Shown: one piece after another, positions 8,457 through 17,759 of the stretch
Layout: every line of letters starts with the position of its first letter
Numbering within the stretch: the stretch's first letter is position 1
Source of the DNA: a virus
Length of the DNA stretch: 64,000 nt
Virus record (IMG/VR): IMGVR_UViG_3300024259_000016
Span: 50,060-114,059 of that record
Reading direction: 5' to 3' (one strand)
Program-made: the position numbers and the translations under genes
The notes under the pieces: generated by a model
Told to the model about the DNA's origin: nothing
The model's input: the letters and a program-made list of their open reading frames with translations, nothing else
The model's database searches: none

Positions 8457-9010
8457 TGGGTAAGTATTGGGATCTGACTCTTCCCCAGAAGAGGGCTTTG
8501 GTTGTACTGGGGCACTATCTACTGAAAGTCCATGCAGGCCCCAATCCCGAGGATGCGGCAGATGGGATCCCTGCCAGGGACCTACTACCTGAAGAACCAT
8601 CAAGGTCCCGAGTGACCCAACAGGTTGCCCTAGTCCTTTCCCGACTGTCTCGACGTCGCCCCCCTCTGATCCGAATGACGATGGCTAGTAAGGGCCATAG
8701 CTCTCCGACAACTTACAATCTCACTTCGACTGGATGGGACTTCTATAATAGATTCTGCGGGGAGCTGCACCTGGACCAGGCCGCCGAGCGGATGTCGTGC
8801 GGGGCCTGCGTCCATCGCTGCTCCACGTGCGGGCTGCCTCACGATGGAGACCCGAACCACTGGCGCGGCGACCGGCACATGGTGGCGGATCCAGGTGCGG
8901 GGTTTGCCGGGTGCGCGGTGGCGGATTTGGTTGAGTGTGGGGCGGTGGGGGCGGGTGCGAAAATGACCGCTTGCAACAAGGGAGGGACGAGAAATGAATC
9001 CAAAACCTAA
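8456..9010 (+). CDS. Hypothetical protein, possible winged-helix N-terminus with Cys-rich tail
   Basis: TGATG coupling; VLSRL...LIR...YNLTSTG pattern. Confidence 0.6.
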   Translation: MGKYWDLTLPQKRALVVLGHYLLKVHAGPNPEDAADGIPARDLLPEEPSRSRVTQQVALVLSRLSRRRPPLIRMTMASKGHSSPTTYNLTSTGWDFYNRFCGELHLDQAAERMSCGACVHRCSTCGLPHDGDPNHWRGDRHMVADPGAGFAGCAVADLVECGAVGAGAKMTACNKGGTRNESKT

Positions 9011-9308
9011 CAGCCGAGATCAGATCCTGGCATTCGTCGGGGATATGAAAAAGAGGGCGCGCGCAACAGGTTCTGGCGGTGAGGAATATGCATACGACGT
9101 GGTTGAGGGATTCATTCAGTGGATGACACCTGATCCCGACGCGGCCCCGGCGAAGAGTGCGGGGGAGCGGGTGCTGGCGCTGGACTGCGACATCTTGCAC
9201 TTGAGGCACCCCGGCGAGTGGTGCGTCGTCAACGGTCACATGCGCGGCACAGGCCCGGACCCCCGAGTCGGCAGCGGCTGCGGTGCTCCGGGGCTTGAAG
9301 GAGTGTGA
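8994..9308 (+). CDS. Hypothetical protein
   Basis: GGAGG SD; tandem packing. Confidence 0.6.
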   Translation: MNPKPNSRDQILAFVGDMKKRARATGSGGEEYAYDVVEGFIQWMTPDPDAAPAKSAGERVLALDCDILHLRHPGEWCVVNGHMRGTGPDPRVGSGCGAPGLEGV

Positions 9309-9671
9309 GTGATGGGACACATGAGACACCATTCAATAATCGTGACCGGGTGCATGGACGGCGCACTGGACAAGGCCCACGACGAGGCGGTTCGTCTGTT
9401 CGCATGGGTAAGCCCAAGATGCCCAGACCAGACCAACGGCTACCGCTCCTTCTTCATCCCGCCCGATGGAAGCAAGGAGGGTTGGGATGAATCTGAAAGC
9501 GGAGACAGTCACAGGAACGCGTTCGTGGCCTTCCTCCAGTCACTCCGGTATGAGGACGGCTCATCTCCCGTTGACTGGGTCGAGGTGGTTTTCGGTGACG
9601 ATGGCGACTGGACCGAAGTTACGCGGGAGGTCAATAAGGACACCACCAAGGAGCCAGAAACCGATGCATAA
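9309..9671 (+). CDS. Hypothetical protein (MRHHSIIVT...PDGSKEGW)
   Basis: AAGGAG SD; globular-looking sequence. Confidence 0.7.
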   Translation: MMGHMRHHSIIVTGCMDGALDKAHDEAVRLFAWVSPRCPDQTNGYRSFFIPPDGSKEGWDESESGDSHRNAFVAFLQSLRYEDGSSPVDWVEVVFGDDGDWTEVTREVNKDTTKEPETDA

Positions 9672-9954
9672 CCAGGACCAGGAACGCGAGGGGCTGCGGG
9701 CGCTGGACACCGTGCGGCACTATATCAACGCGACAGGCCGACTCGGCATACACCCCAAGGCAGAAACCCTGGAAGCCCTCGCGACCCTGACCCGGCTCGT
9801 GTCCGGGCGTCAAGATGTGGCGGACGGCGATGCACCGCTGGCACTACAGCGCCTGGAGCGCAACCATATTCGCAACTGCAACGGGTGGGCGCCAGATCAG
9901 GCCGTAGCTGACCTTGCTACCGTGTGGCGGATTGTTTCGGGGAGTCGAGTTTAG
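9664..9954 (+). CDS. Hypothetical protein
   Basis: AAGGAG SD before ATG 9664; overlap coupling. Confidence 0.6.
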   Translation: MHNQDQEREGLRALDTVRHYINATGRLGIHPKAETLEALATLTRLVSGRQDVADGDAPLALQRLERNHIRNCNGWAPDQAVADLATVWRIVSGSRV

Positions 9955-10272
9955 GTGGGGGTTGATGCGATTGAGGCGCTGGAGCGGGAACGTGACGCGC
10001 TCCGATCCGAGGTTAAGGGTGTGCGCACATGGGCCGGCATAGAGGCTGATAACGTGGATGCGCTGAACGTGGAGCTGGCCCGTGTTCGGAAGCGTGTAGC
10101 CGCCATGACCGTTAGGATAACTATCCAGGCCAACCGTGTTCGGAAGCAGATATCCGCCATGACCGCCGCCCGCGCACTGTTGACCAGGTGCATACCACTA
10201 GCCAAGAGCCACGACGAGACCCTGTATCAGGACATCGTGCGGGCGCTCAAGGATGGGGAGAAAAATGGATAG
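9955..10272 (+). CDS. Coiled-coil hypothetical protein
   Basis: Heptad pattern; internal duplication ARVRKRVAAMT/NRVRKQISAMT. Confidence 0.6.
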   Translation: MGVDAIEALERERDALRSEVKGVRTWAGIEADNVDALNVELARVRKRVAAMTVRITIQANRVRKQISAMTAARALLTRCIPLAKSHDETLYQDIVRALKDGEKNG

Positions 10273-10444
10273 TCAACAAAAAATGCAGCGTGAGATTGCC
10301 GCACTTAAGGACAGGATTGTCGCCGTGGCAGAGGAGAAGGACGCCGAGATTGAGCGGCTGAGGCGGGAGCGAGACGAAGCCCGCGCCGGCGTCACCAGGC
10401 TACAAGGTGTGGTCGAGATGCTCAAGTCGGGCGGGGCGGGGTGA
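10265..10444 (+). CDS. Small coiled-coil hypothetical protein
   Basis: GGGGAG SD; ERDEARA motif. Confidence 0.6.
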   Translation: MDSQQKMQREIAALKDRIVAVAEEKDAEIERLRRERDEARAGVTRLQGVVEMLKSGGAG

Positions 10445-10782
10445 TGAGCACATGCAACTGCGGGCCGCGCGGACATGGCCCAGAATGTACAGCGCAGGCA
10501 GGGGAGATATCCCGGCTCAGCGAACAGGTCCGGGAACTGAAAAACGGGGTGGGAGCCACGACCGAGCGGTGGGAGATGGGGAAGTACGCGCAGATGGTCT
10601 ATGAGCGCCACGACTACAAACAGGGATACTGGGAGCAAAAATTCGGATTCCGGGTTGGCGACCGGATCTGGTGGGTGGGCGTGGAAGGGTACGGCCACGA
10701 CGAAGAACAGAGCAAGAAGGACAAAGGGACTTGCCGCGAGATAGTGCGGCGCTTGAATGCCGACCCCGAGCCCGGCGAGTAA
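10441..10782 (+). CDS. Hypothetical protein
   Basis: GTGA coupling. Confidence 0.6.
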   Translation: MMSTCNCGPRGHGPECTAQAGEISRLSEQVRELKNGVGATTERWEMGKYAQMVYERHDYKQGYWEQKFGFRVGDRIWWVGVEGYGHDEEQSKKDKGTCREIVRRLNADPEPGE

Positions 10783-10800
10783 CCGGCAGGGGGCGGGGGG

Positions 10801-10828
10801 TTGACTTCTGTGGCGCACGTGGCACACT
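10801..10828 (+). promoter_or_regulatory. Sigma70-like promoter with GTGGCGC-AC-GTGGCAC boxes
   Basis: TTGACT at 10801; same architecture and GTGGCACACT 3' end as the 6005 promoter. Confidence 0.6.
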
Positions 10829-10872
10829 CTGCTGGACTATCTAATCTGTGATGAAATACTGAGGAGGAAGAG

Positions 10873-11127
10873 ATGCCGAAACAGCCCAAGACCATTAAGT
10901 ACTCACCGGCGGATGAGCGCCTGCTGCTGGAGTACTGGAACAACCACCACAGGGCCTGGCAGTATCCGTCGGCTTCTGACCTGACCCTGTGCCGGAAGAT
11001 CGTTGCGGCGCCACAGAAGTATGGAGACATGATGGAGATGTCGGTGTGCCCTCACGGGGACCTGCAGGGACGCGAGAGGTTCCGCCTGACCCCGGTGGGC
11101 CGTGCCCGGGTTGGTAAGGACCTGTAG
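10873..11127 (+). CDS. Hypothetical protein
   Basis: GAGGAGG SD. Confidence 0.7.
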   Translation: MPKQPKTIKYSPADERLLLEYWNNHHRAWQYPSASDLTLCRKIVAAPQKYGDMMEMSVCPHGDLQGRERFRLTPVGRARVGKDL

Positions 11128-11448
11128 GTGGGGCGGCCAGATCCCATACTGGAGATGATGAAGCCTCTCGATGGGGCTGACCGGATCTTGGCTGTGCAAA
11201 CCTACCTCCGGCAGATGCTGACACTGTCATGCTCCAAGGCCGGTGTGACCGTTGAGGCGTATCGTAAACTCGAGCCGGCCTGGTGCAAATTCATCGATAA
11301 GTTCCCCGATGTGGGGGTAGCAGGTCTGCAACACCTGGAGCCAGCTTGGCAGCAGATGGCCAGTCAGGCATTTGTGTGGGCGGACCTGCCGGAGCCAGGG
11401 GAGACGACTGAAGGAAAACCCCTGAAGGTGCTGGAGGTGAAGATATGA
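11128..11448 (+). CDS. Hypothetical protein
   Basis: AAGGA SD; ATGA coupling to the next gene. Confidence 0.65.
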   Translation: MGRPDPILEMMKPLDGADRILAVQTYLRQMLTLSCSKAGVTVEAYRKLEPAWCKFIDKFPDVGVAGLQHLEPAWQQMASQAFVWADLPEPGETTEGKPLKVLEVKI

Positions 11449-11837
11449 GCCGCGAAGGTCTGACGTCCCATCCGATCGTTAACAAGATGGCGTCCCTGCT
11501 GCTTGATGAGGTCCAGGAACATGGCCTGGAGGCATTGGTCCTCCCTACCGGAGGCGGCCTGGACCTGTCATTGTGTGTCCAGAGAAAGAACTCTGTGCGC
11601 AGTCTCCTGCGAATCGAGGTAGTCTTCGGCAGGGAAGAGAGCGGTTCCGACTTGCTCCTGGTGGTCATGGACTGCGACTGTATCGCTGAGACCCACAAGG
11701 CGATCATGACCAATAAGGGGAGAGGAGGTCCTGACTCTACCTTGGTGTTCAATACAGGGGACCTGGAGACCGATCCGAAGTTGCCCGATGCTGTAGAGCA
11801 GGTCAAGGCGTTGGTCAAAGCCTGCGCCGGACTGTAG
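11445..11837 (+). CDS. Hypothetical protein
   Basis: GGAGGT SD. Confidence 0.7.
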   Translation: MSREGLTSHPIVNKMASLLLDEVQEHGLEALVLPTGGGLDLSLCVQRKNSVRSLLRIEVVFGREESGSDLLLVVMDCDCIAETHKAIMTNKGRGGPDSTLVFNTGDLETDPKLPDAVEQVKALVKACAGL

Positions 11838-11874
11838 AATAAGTTCTTCTGAAGACCGGGGAAAGTGAAAGTAC

Positions 11875-12123
11875 GTGGCCGCAAAGAAGAGACAGAAAAA
11901 AGTCGTAAAGGTCCGACATCGTCCCCCCCTCCATACCACCATCTCGAAGTACGCCCGGGGATTGCTTGACGGCCTGATTGCTGATGTCAAGACCGCGGGG
12001 AAACCCGAACTCAAGCAGTCAGCCATCCTTGATCGCTGCATCATCGCTCAGGTACCGAAGCTTCGGGAACAGAATGGTCTCCCCCCGGATCCCGAGCAGG
12101 TCGCCAGAGAGGGGGGCAAGTAA
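11875..12123 (+). CDS. Putative ribbon-helix-helix DNA-binding protein
   Basis: Basic N-terminus, strand PLHTTI, helix SKYARGLLDGLI, helix KQSAILDRCI. Confidence 0.5.
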   Translation: MAAKKRQKKVVKVRHRPPLHTTISKYARGLLDGLIADVKTAGKPELKQSAILDRCIIAQVPKLREQNGLPPDPEQVAREGGK

Positions 12124-12145
12124 CCCCTTCCCCCCCTCCCCCCTT

Positions 12146-12880
12146 ATGCCCCGACAACCGGCCTCGATTTATCTATACCAAGGGGACATGTTTGATGTCC
12201 TTCCTTACCTGGTGCGTGCCGGGTTGGACCTGCAGTCCATCTTCACTGATCCCCCCTATTCCGATGTAACCTGTGATGGCCACAACAAAGGAGCCTCTGG
12301 CGTAGAGGGGCGGGGAGTTATTGAGTACTCGAGCTGGGGGGCGGAGGAGGCCCGTCGGTTCTGTCGAGAGATTGCTGTATTGGCACATGGATGGGTTGGG
12401 GTGCTGACTGACGACATTCTGGCTGCTGTGTTCCGTGAGTATCTGAAGAAGCCTGTTGCAGACGGGGGGGCTGGTCGGTACAGCTTCGCACCGGTACCCT
12501 GTGTTGTCCCTGCCAGCCGGGTCCGGTTCCAAGGAGATGGGCCCCCTTGTGAATCCCACTACCTGGTGGTGGGCCGCCCGAAGCAGGACAGGTTCGTCGG
12601 AGGCTGGTCCCCGCGGGGATACTATATCGGGCATCGGGAGGAACCCTTGAAAGTCCTGGGGGGCAAACCCTTGTCCTTGATGGTCCCGATCGTGAGGGAC
12701 TACTACTCCAGGGGGGCTGGTGGGTTCGTTTGTGATCCGTGCCTCGGTAACGGCCAGACCTGCATTGCTTGCTCAATATCGGGAATCCCGTCAGTGGGGA
12801 TCGAGATGAGTGAGGAGAACCTGGACCTGGCGTATCGCCGATGTTTGGAACATGGTCTCCCTGTTACACTGGTCACCTAA
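12146..12880 (+). CDS. Orphan DNA N6-adenine/N4-cytosine methyltransferase (beta-class motif order)
   Basis: Catalytic TDPPY precedes GKP and the SAM-binding-like VCDPCLGNGQT...GIEM. Confidence 0.8.
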   Translation: MPRQPASIYLYQGDMFDVLPYLVRAGLDLQSIFTDPPYSDVTCDGHNKGASGVEGRGVIEYSSWGAEEARRFCREIAVLAHGWVGVLTDDILAAVFREYLKKPVADGGAGRYSFAPVPCVVPASRVRFQGDGPPCESHYLVVGRPKQDRFVGGWSPRGYYIGHREEPLKVLGGKPLSLMVPIVRDYYSRGAGGFVCDPCLGNGQTCIACSISGIPSVGIEMSEENLDLAYRRCLEHGLPVTLVT

Positions 12881-12891
12881 CGGAGGACTTG

Positions 12892-13749
12892 ATGTCTGAT
12901 TACCCTACTCTGAGACTTACCAAGCCGGCGACCCACAGCCCTGCTGTTACCCGTCTGCAGGAGCTCCTGGACCTTGCCGGGTTTGCTCTCCAATGCGATG
13001 GATGGTTTGGACGGGAAACCCATAAAGCGGTTGTTGCCTTTCAGAAGCTCACTTCTATCGAACCTGACGGGGTGGCCGGTCTGCGGACCTGGGCTGCCCT
13101 CGAGCCCCCGACGAATGCGGCCCCTCGTCCGGAAGATTCGGATCCGATCGTCAGCCGCATTGGCTACCATCCCAAGCCGCGGCTGTTCCAGCGGGTCAGG
13201 GAATGGGCCGATATCTGCGGCGTGACCCTGCATCAGATGGGGATCCTCGTTTCCGACACACCGCAACGTCAGGATACTCTCGGGGCACATATTTCTATCC
13301 TCCGCTCGGGTGCCATCGTCCGGGTGAACCCGATGACAGACATGATTTGGCATGCCCAGAAGCTGAGCCACAAGACCGTTGGGATTGAGTTCAATGGGAA
13401 TATGGAGGGTATCGAGGGGGACCGTTCTACTCTTTGGGGAGATGCCGGCCCTCATCCTGTAACTGATGCACAAGTGGATGCGGCCAACGACGTCCTGTTC
13501 CCTTGGTTGGTTCGATGTTTTGAGGCCAATGGGGTGCACTTCAGCAACGTCCATGCACATCGCCAATCCAGTGGTACCCGACGGGCCGACCCGGGGTCAG
13601 AGATCTGGCAGCGGGTAGGGATTCCGTGGATCGAGAGGCTGAAGGCACTAGGGATGGGCAAGCGGGGGGACGGTGGAGCAGGGTTCTCGGTGGGGGACGG
13701 TCGGTCAATTCCGAAGGAGTGGAACCCGGAGTACCCTGGGAAGTACTGA
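12892..13749 (+). CDS. Endolysin: peptidoglycan-binding domain plus Zn N-acetylmuramoyl-L-alanine amidase (Amidase_2)
   Basis: DGWFGRET...FQ...DGVAGLRTW binding domain; LHQ, AH, WHA, GIE, HR and DPG amidase motifs; GGAGG SD. Confidence 0.9.
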   Translation: MSDYPTLRLTKPATHSPAVTRLQELLDLAGFALQCDGWFGRETHKAVVAFQKLTSIEPDGVAGLRTWAALEPPTNAAPRPEDSDPIVSRIGYHPKPRLFQRVREWADICGVTLHQMGILVSDTPQRQDTLGAHISILRSGAIVRVNPMTDMIWHAQKLSHKTVGIEFNGNMEGIEGDRSTLWGDAGPHPVTDAQVDAANDVLFPWLVRCFEANGVHFSNVHAHRQSSGTRRADPGSEIWQRVGIPWIERLKALGMGKRGDGGAGFSVGDGRSIPKEWNPEYPGKY

Positions 13750-13877
13750 CCGGCGAGGCCCTGAGATGCTCTGTGCCGGGCCGAACCCACAATCCGGTAC
13801 ACCTGCATTGCCGGGTCCGGGCTCTGTCGGGGGCGTGTGCGGTGCGAATTGTGGCGGGGGTGTGCGGGTGGGGGTGT

Positions 13878-14435
13878 CTACGGGACGGAGGCGGGAGTCG
13901 CGGCGCTCTCTGCCGGCGCTGGGTCGGGTGTTGGGCACACCGGGCAGACCTTATCCGGGCACTCCAGCAGGCCGGCGAAGAACAGGCACCACGACTGCTC
14001 CATGCTCATGGGGTCGGGCCACTTCTTGAGGCACGCAGCCCCGGCCTTGTCGGCCCCCTTGGCAAGCAGGTCGGCCTTCACTCCCTGGGCGATGTTGGTG
14101 AGCATCGGGCTGGGCCTGAAGCCGTCGCACCCGTTGAGGGTCACCAGGGCGATGAGGACGCCGGCCGCAATGACGAACATACGCACCGACTCACCGAGCT
14201 GGACGTATCCGCCCTCCTTGGACGCGGCGGCGCCGATGGCCGTGGCCGCCCTGATTCGCCCGAAGATTGCGAGGCCTCCGGTGATAGTCATGAGCAGGGT
14301 TTTGAGCCATGCGGGCAGGTAGGGGTCGAGCACGCCGGTCATCTCGTGGGTGGCCCCCTGCGCGATAGTCGCCAGGGCTGCCAGGATGGTGAGACTCAGA
14401 TACCAGGGCTTGGCCCCGTTTGTTTCCTTGGTCAT
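13878..14435 (-). CDS. Holin-like membrane protein with C-terminal lipoprotein-like segment
   Basis: KPWYLSLT-TM...TM-AIFGRIRA, then a third hydrophobic stretch ending in lipobox LNGC; AGGAG SD. Confidence 0.6.
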   Translation of the reverse strand: MTKETNGAKPWYLSLTILAALATIAQGATHEMTGVLDPYLPAWLKTLLMTITGGLAIFGRIRAATAIGAAASKEGGYVQLGESVRMFVIAAGVLIALVTLNGCDGFRPSPMLTNIAQGVKADLLAKGADKAGAACLKKWPDPMSMEQSWCLFFAGLLECPDKVCPVCPTPDPAPAESAATPASVP

Positions 14436-15247
14436 GATTCTCCTCCTAGTACCTTGCGGCACCATGTTGTCGAACGTGGATTATACAACCCCCAGGGGCA
14501 CCTCTTGCAAGCGGGGATATTGGGCTTGGCTTCGCACTGACGGCGGGACCGGACCAGCAGACGTGCCGCCTCGGCCGCGTTCACGTAGAAGTCCTGCAGC
14601 GCCTCCCTGAAGCGGTCGCCCCCGCGGGTGTGTACATCCAGGGCGCGAACCTGCCAGGGGCCGACGTCTGCCTGCTTGCCGTCTCGGCGCACCACCATGC
14701 GGCACCGACTCTCGGCCTTACATACCTTCCAAAGCAGTCCACGGGGCAGGTCACGGGCTCGCTCTAGGGCACGGATGTAGGCCCGGCGTTCGGACCTCGC
14801 CGCCTCGGCTTCAGCAGGTCTGCACCCCGTCCTGAAGGCGAAGAAGGCCACCGCCGCAACGATCATGAACAACAGGCCCACAGCCCATACTGGCAACAGG
14901 CCCTTGCGTGGTCCGGGGATGACGTCCAGTTCCGCCAGTGCCAGGTCGACTAGGTTGTCCATCATTTCTTCAGTAATACCTGGGGCCTCAACCACCTTCT
15001 CACTGCAACCGTTCGGGCAGATGGCACGGGCGGGCTGACGGCGCGGGTCCCCGCCCTCGTTGCCGCGCACCCGGTCCGGGTCCCAGTAGCGCACCTTGAT
15101 TTGCACAGGGGGCCGCGGTGGCTTGCCGCACCCGCAGGAGAGCTCCACGTCGGCCCATACGGCATAGGTCCCCTTGGTTGGGTCATGCGGGTTCATCTGT
15201 GGCGGGTGGATTTTGTAGACGTGGAGGACTTGAAAGAGAGTGGGCAT
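14432..15247 (-). CDS. Membrane-anchored lytic transglycosylase (SLT/lysozyme-like)
   Basis: Central TM helix then LPRGLL...AES (catalytic Glu), GPWQV, NAAEAARLL, YN. Confidence 0.7.
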   Translation of the reverse strand: MPTLFQVLHVYKIHPPQMNPHDPTKGTYAVWADVELSCGCGKPPRPPVQIKVRYWDPDRVRGNEGGDPRRQPARAICPNGCSEKVVEAPGITEEMMDNLVDLALAELDVIPGPRKGLLPVWAVGLLFMIVAAVAFFAFRTGCRPAEAEAARSERRAYIRALERARDLPRGLLWKVCKAESRCRMVVRRDGKQADVGPWQVRALDVHTRGGDRFREALQDFYVNAAEAARLLVRSRRQCEAKPNIPACKRCPWGLYNPRSTTWCRKVLGGES

Positions 15248-15678
15248 TATCTGCGCCTGCGCGGCCTGTACTGCCCGCGGCTGTTCTTCTCCACGAGCGC
15301 GTCCATTTTGATGTTCATCTTACTGCGCCACAGATCGGCCTTGTGGCTCTCGTCTTTGATCAACCCTTTTACCTCAGCCACATCGTCCTTGTGATTCTCC
15401 CGGGTGACGTAGGATTCAAGGGCGTTGGTGATGGTCGGGTGGGATTCCTCAATTGGTGGGGCCCTGTGGGCGGTCATCGCTGCGGCGTCTTTCTTCTCCA
15501 CCGCATCATCAAACCACTTCTGCCCAGCGATAAACCAACCCAGGACAAGGACGCCGCTGAACAGGAGCGACCCCAGGAGTTTGATTGTTACCTGTTGTCC
15601 ATAGAACCCAGGTCCGGGTGTGGGGGGAAGTGGCTGGGCGTTTACCTGACTAACTTCTTCCATTTCGTCCTTCTCCAT
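15247..15678 (-). CDS. Single-TM protein with coiled-coil C-terminus (lysis accessory candidate)
   Basis: TM LLGSLLFSGVLVLGWFIAG; AGGAGG SD; TAATG coupling. Confidence 0.65.
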   Translation of the reverse strand: MEKDEMEEVSQVNAQPLPPTPGPGFYGQQVTIKLLGSLLFSGVLVLGWFIAGQKWFDDAVEKKDAAAMTAHRAPPIEESHPTITNALESYVTRENHKDDVAEVKGLIKDESHKADLWRSKMNIKMDALVEKNSRGQYRPRRRR

Positions 15679-15744
15679 GCGCCCTCCTGGCGCCGCCCGC
15701 AGTGACTGCGCCGTCCCGGGCGCGGTGCCGCACTCTCGCCCTTG

Positions 15745-15972
15745 CTACTGGATCTCCCACGCCTCGTCAAACCCGGGGTAGTCCTTGGTCCTGGTGGGTG
15801 GCCTGAACGTTGAATGGGTCTCGTTTCCATCCACCACCACGGCATAGATCCACCCATCCTCTGGTGCTGCAACAGGAGGGGTTCCGCGCACGTCGCCCTT
15901 TTTGCAGACCTCGTACTTGGTGGACCGCTTGAATTTCTTCCCGGTCGTTCGCCTCTTCAGTTTCTTTGCCAT
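15745..15972 (-). CDS. Small basic hypothetical protein
   Basis: GGGGA SD; operon packing. Confidence 0.65.
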   Translation of the reverse strand: MAKKLKRRTTGKKFKRSTKYEVCKKGDVRGTPPVAAPEDGWIYAVVVDGNETHSTFRPPTRTKDYPGFDEAWEIQ

Positions 15973-15981
15973 TGGGTTCCC

Positions 15982-17244
15982 CTACAGATTGGCCAGATAC
16001 AGACCGCGAGTCTCGCAGGTCACGGTTCCTGACCCGGTCGCGTTCAGGCACTTGAAGATTACCGACGGATTGATGTTCATGTCTGCCACGGCGACGGTCT
16101 TGGCCGTGGTGTGGACAGCCCACCCGGTAGCCCCTGGAAGCCCAGGATTAGAGCCGGCTGCGTTTCCTGAGTAGAATGCCTTAACCACTCCAGAGATTGG
16201 GTCGTAAATCATTCCAATCCAGAATGAATCATCGATGGTCGCGTTGGATAGCGTTGTGGTGTCCCCGTTCTCGGTGATAGTAAGCTTCCACGCGCCACCA
16301 GTCCGCTCCTGGAGAACGCCGACGTATTTGGCGAGACCGACAGGGGCAACGTACATCGCGAAGTATGTATCGTTTGCTGATCCGAGTTGCGTGACGTGGC
16401 ACCAGCACGCAACGGGCCGCGTTGGGATGGATAGTTGCAATTCAGGTGCCGCCGCTGCTCCGTGAGTATGCGCCCATGTGTACTTGGAACCGTCGGCGGT
16501 GATGGTGTAGCCGCTGCCAACCTGCTGAGTCCATGCCGTGACGATCGGGTTGGCGGTGCAGTCGTCGGAGATGCCCTGTTTGGCTACGCCGCCGTCCAGG
16601 ATGATTGTGCCCTGGTCGGTGTTGAACGGGGCGGCGGGGGCCTGAACCGCCGTGTCCGCCGTGGCCCCCTGCGCAGCCGTAGCGAAAAACCCCTCGCTCC
16701 TCAACGCAGCGTTGCCGAGTGCCACGGCTGCCACCCCCCCGGCGGAAGTTTTCAGGTATCCGGACAGCCCCGTGGTATCGATCTTGTCGTGCAGCACACC
16801 CTCGGCGAGTTGGCCGGTTCCGTCCAGGGAGGCGTACCCGCCGGCAGCACCCTTGTTGGCCGTGTCTTCGATGACCCCAGTTGTGCCATGGGTAGTAGTG
16901 AGTGCAGCATGGACCGAGACGGCGTTGGCCAACTCAGCCGCTGTTGTCACCGTGACCCCGATGATCGCTTCGAGCTTGCCCTCTGAATTGAGATCAGCGG
17001 TAGTCAGGAAAGCGGCAATCGCTGCGCCCAGTTCCGCTGTGGAGGTGAGGGTGACACCAGTGATCGCCTCAAGCTTGCCCTCTGTGTCTAGATCTGTACT
17101 TTGGAGGTACGGGATCAAGGCAGCCACCAGCTCGGCGTTGGAGGCCATGGCCTCACCAACAGCTGTCTCGAGTTGTGCCTGAGAAGTGATGGTTGTCCCC
17201 CCACCCCCTCTGCCCCTGCTGAATCCGCCATCGTAATCGGCCAT
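15982..17244 (-). CDS. Putative fibre/spike-like virion protein with C-terminal beta-sandwich
   Basis: Ala/Gly/Thr-rich; duplicated DLxxEGKLEAIxGVT unit; KGAAGGYASLDGTG fibre-type motif; aromatic beta-rich C-terminus. Confidence 0.6.
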   Translation of the reverse strand: MADYDGGFSRGRGGGGTTITSQAQLETAVGEAMASNAELVAALIPYLQSTDLDTEGKLEAITGVTLTSTAELGAAIAAFLTTADLNSEGKLEAIIGVTVTTAAELANAVSVHAALTTTHGTTGVIEDTANKGAAGGYASLDGTGQLAEGVLHDKIDTTGLSGYLKTSAGGVAAVALGNAALRSEGFFATAAQGATADTAVQAPAAPFNTDQGTIILDGGVAKQGISDDCTANPIVTAWTQQVGSGYTITADGSKYTWAHTHGAAAAPELQLSIPTRPVACWCHVTQLGSANDTYFAMYVAPVGLAKYVGVLQERTGGAWKLTITENGDTTTLSNATIDDSFWIGMIYDPISGVVKAFYSGNAAGSNPGLPGATGWAVHTTAKTVAVADMNINPSVIFKCLNATGSGTVTCETRGLYLANL

Positions 17245-17262
17245 CAGAATCTCCCTATACTG

Positions 17263-17631
17263 CTATCCGTGGTTCAAGTAGAACTCAATGTTGGCCACAT
17301 TGGCAGGACCAACCAAACCCAAGTGGGTGCACCGGGGTGACAGCAGGAAGCCTCGTTCGTATCTCTGTGCCGGCGCTGGGGAATCCCACCCAACTCGCAG
17401 GGCCCACTTCCCGTTGAGGTAGGCGTACAGCTCCAAGGCTTTGGCACCGGCCACAGCCACATCGTAGCCGACTGAGCCTCCGTCGTAGATGGCCTTCTGC
17501 TTCGGGAGCTCCACGACGTGCGTCAGGCTGGCGGGGAACGCCTCGGTCAGCAGGGCTGCGTAGTTGACATGCATCTGGGCCTGCGCCAAGACGATGATGG
17601 AACCATGAGGGTACAAGACATTTCCGGGCAT
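17263..17631 (-). CDS. Hypothetical beta-rich protein (possible virion protein)
   Basis: GGAGG SD; GC3-biased codons. Confidence 0.65.
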   Translation of the reverse strand: MPGNVLYPHGSIIVLAQAQMHVNYAALLTEAFPASLTHVVELPKQKAIYDGGSVGYDVAVAGAKALELYAYLNGKWALRVGWDSPAPAQRYERGFLLSPRCTHLGLVGPANVANIEFYLNHG

Positions 17632-17759
17632 GGCGGTGACAGCCTCCGGTGAGGGGTTCAGTAGATATTGCTACCTACAGTAGCGCGGGGGGTGGGGCTG
17701 GGGCAAGGACTACGGGATGGGGGGTGTGACAGAGTGTGTCGCCGGTGTGCCAGAATGTG

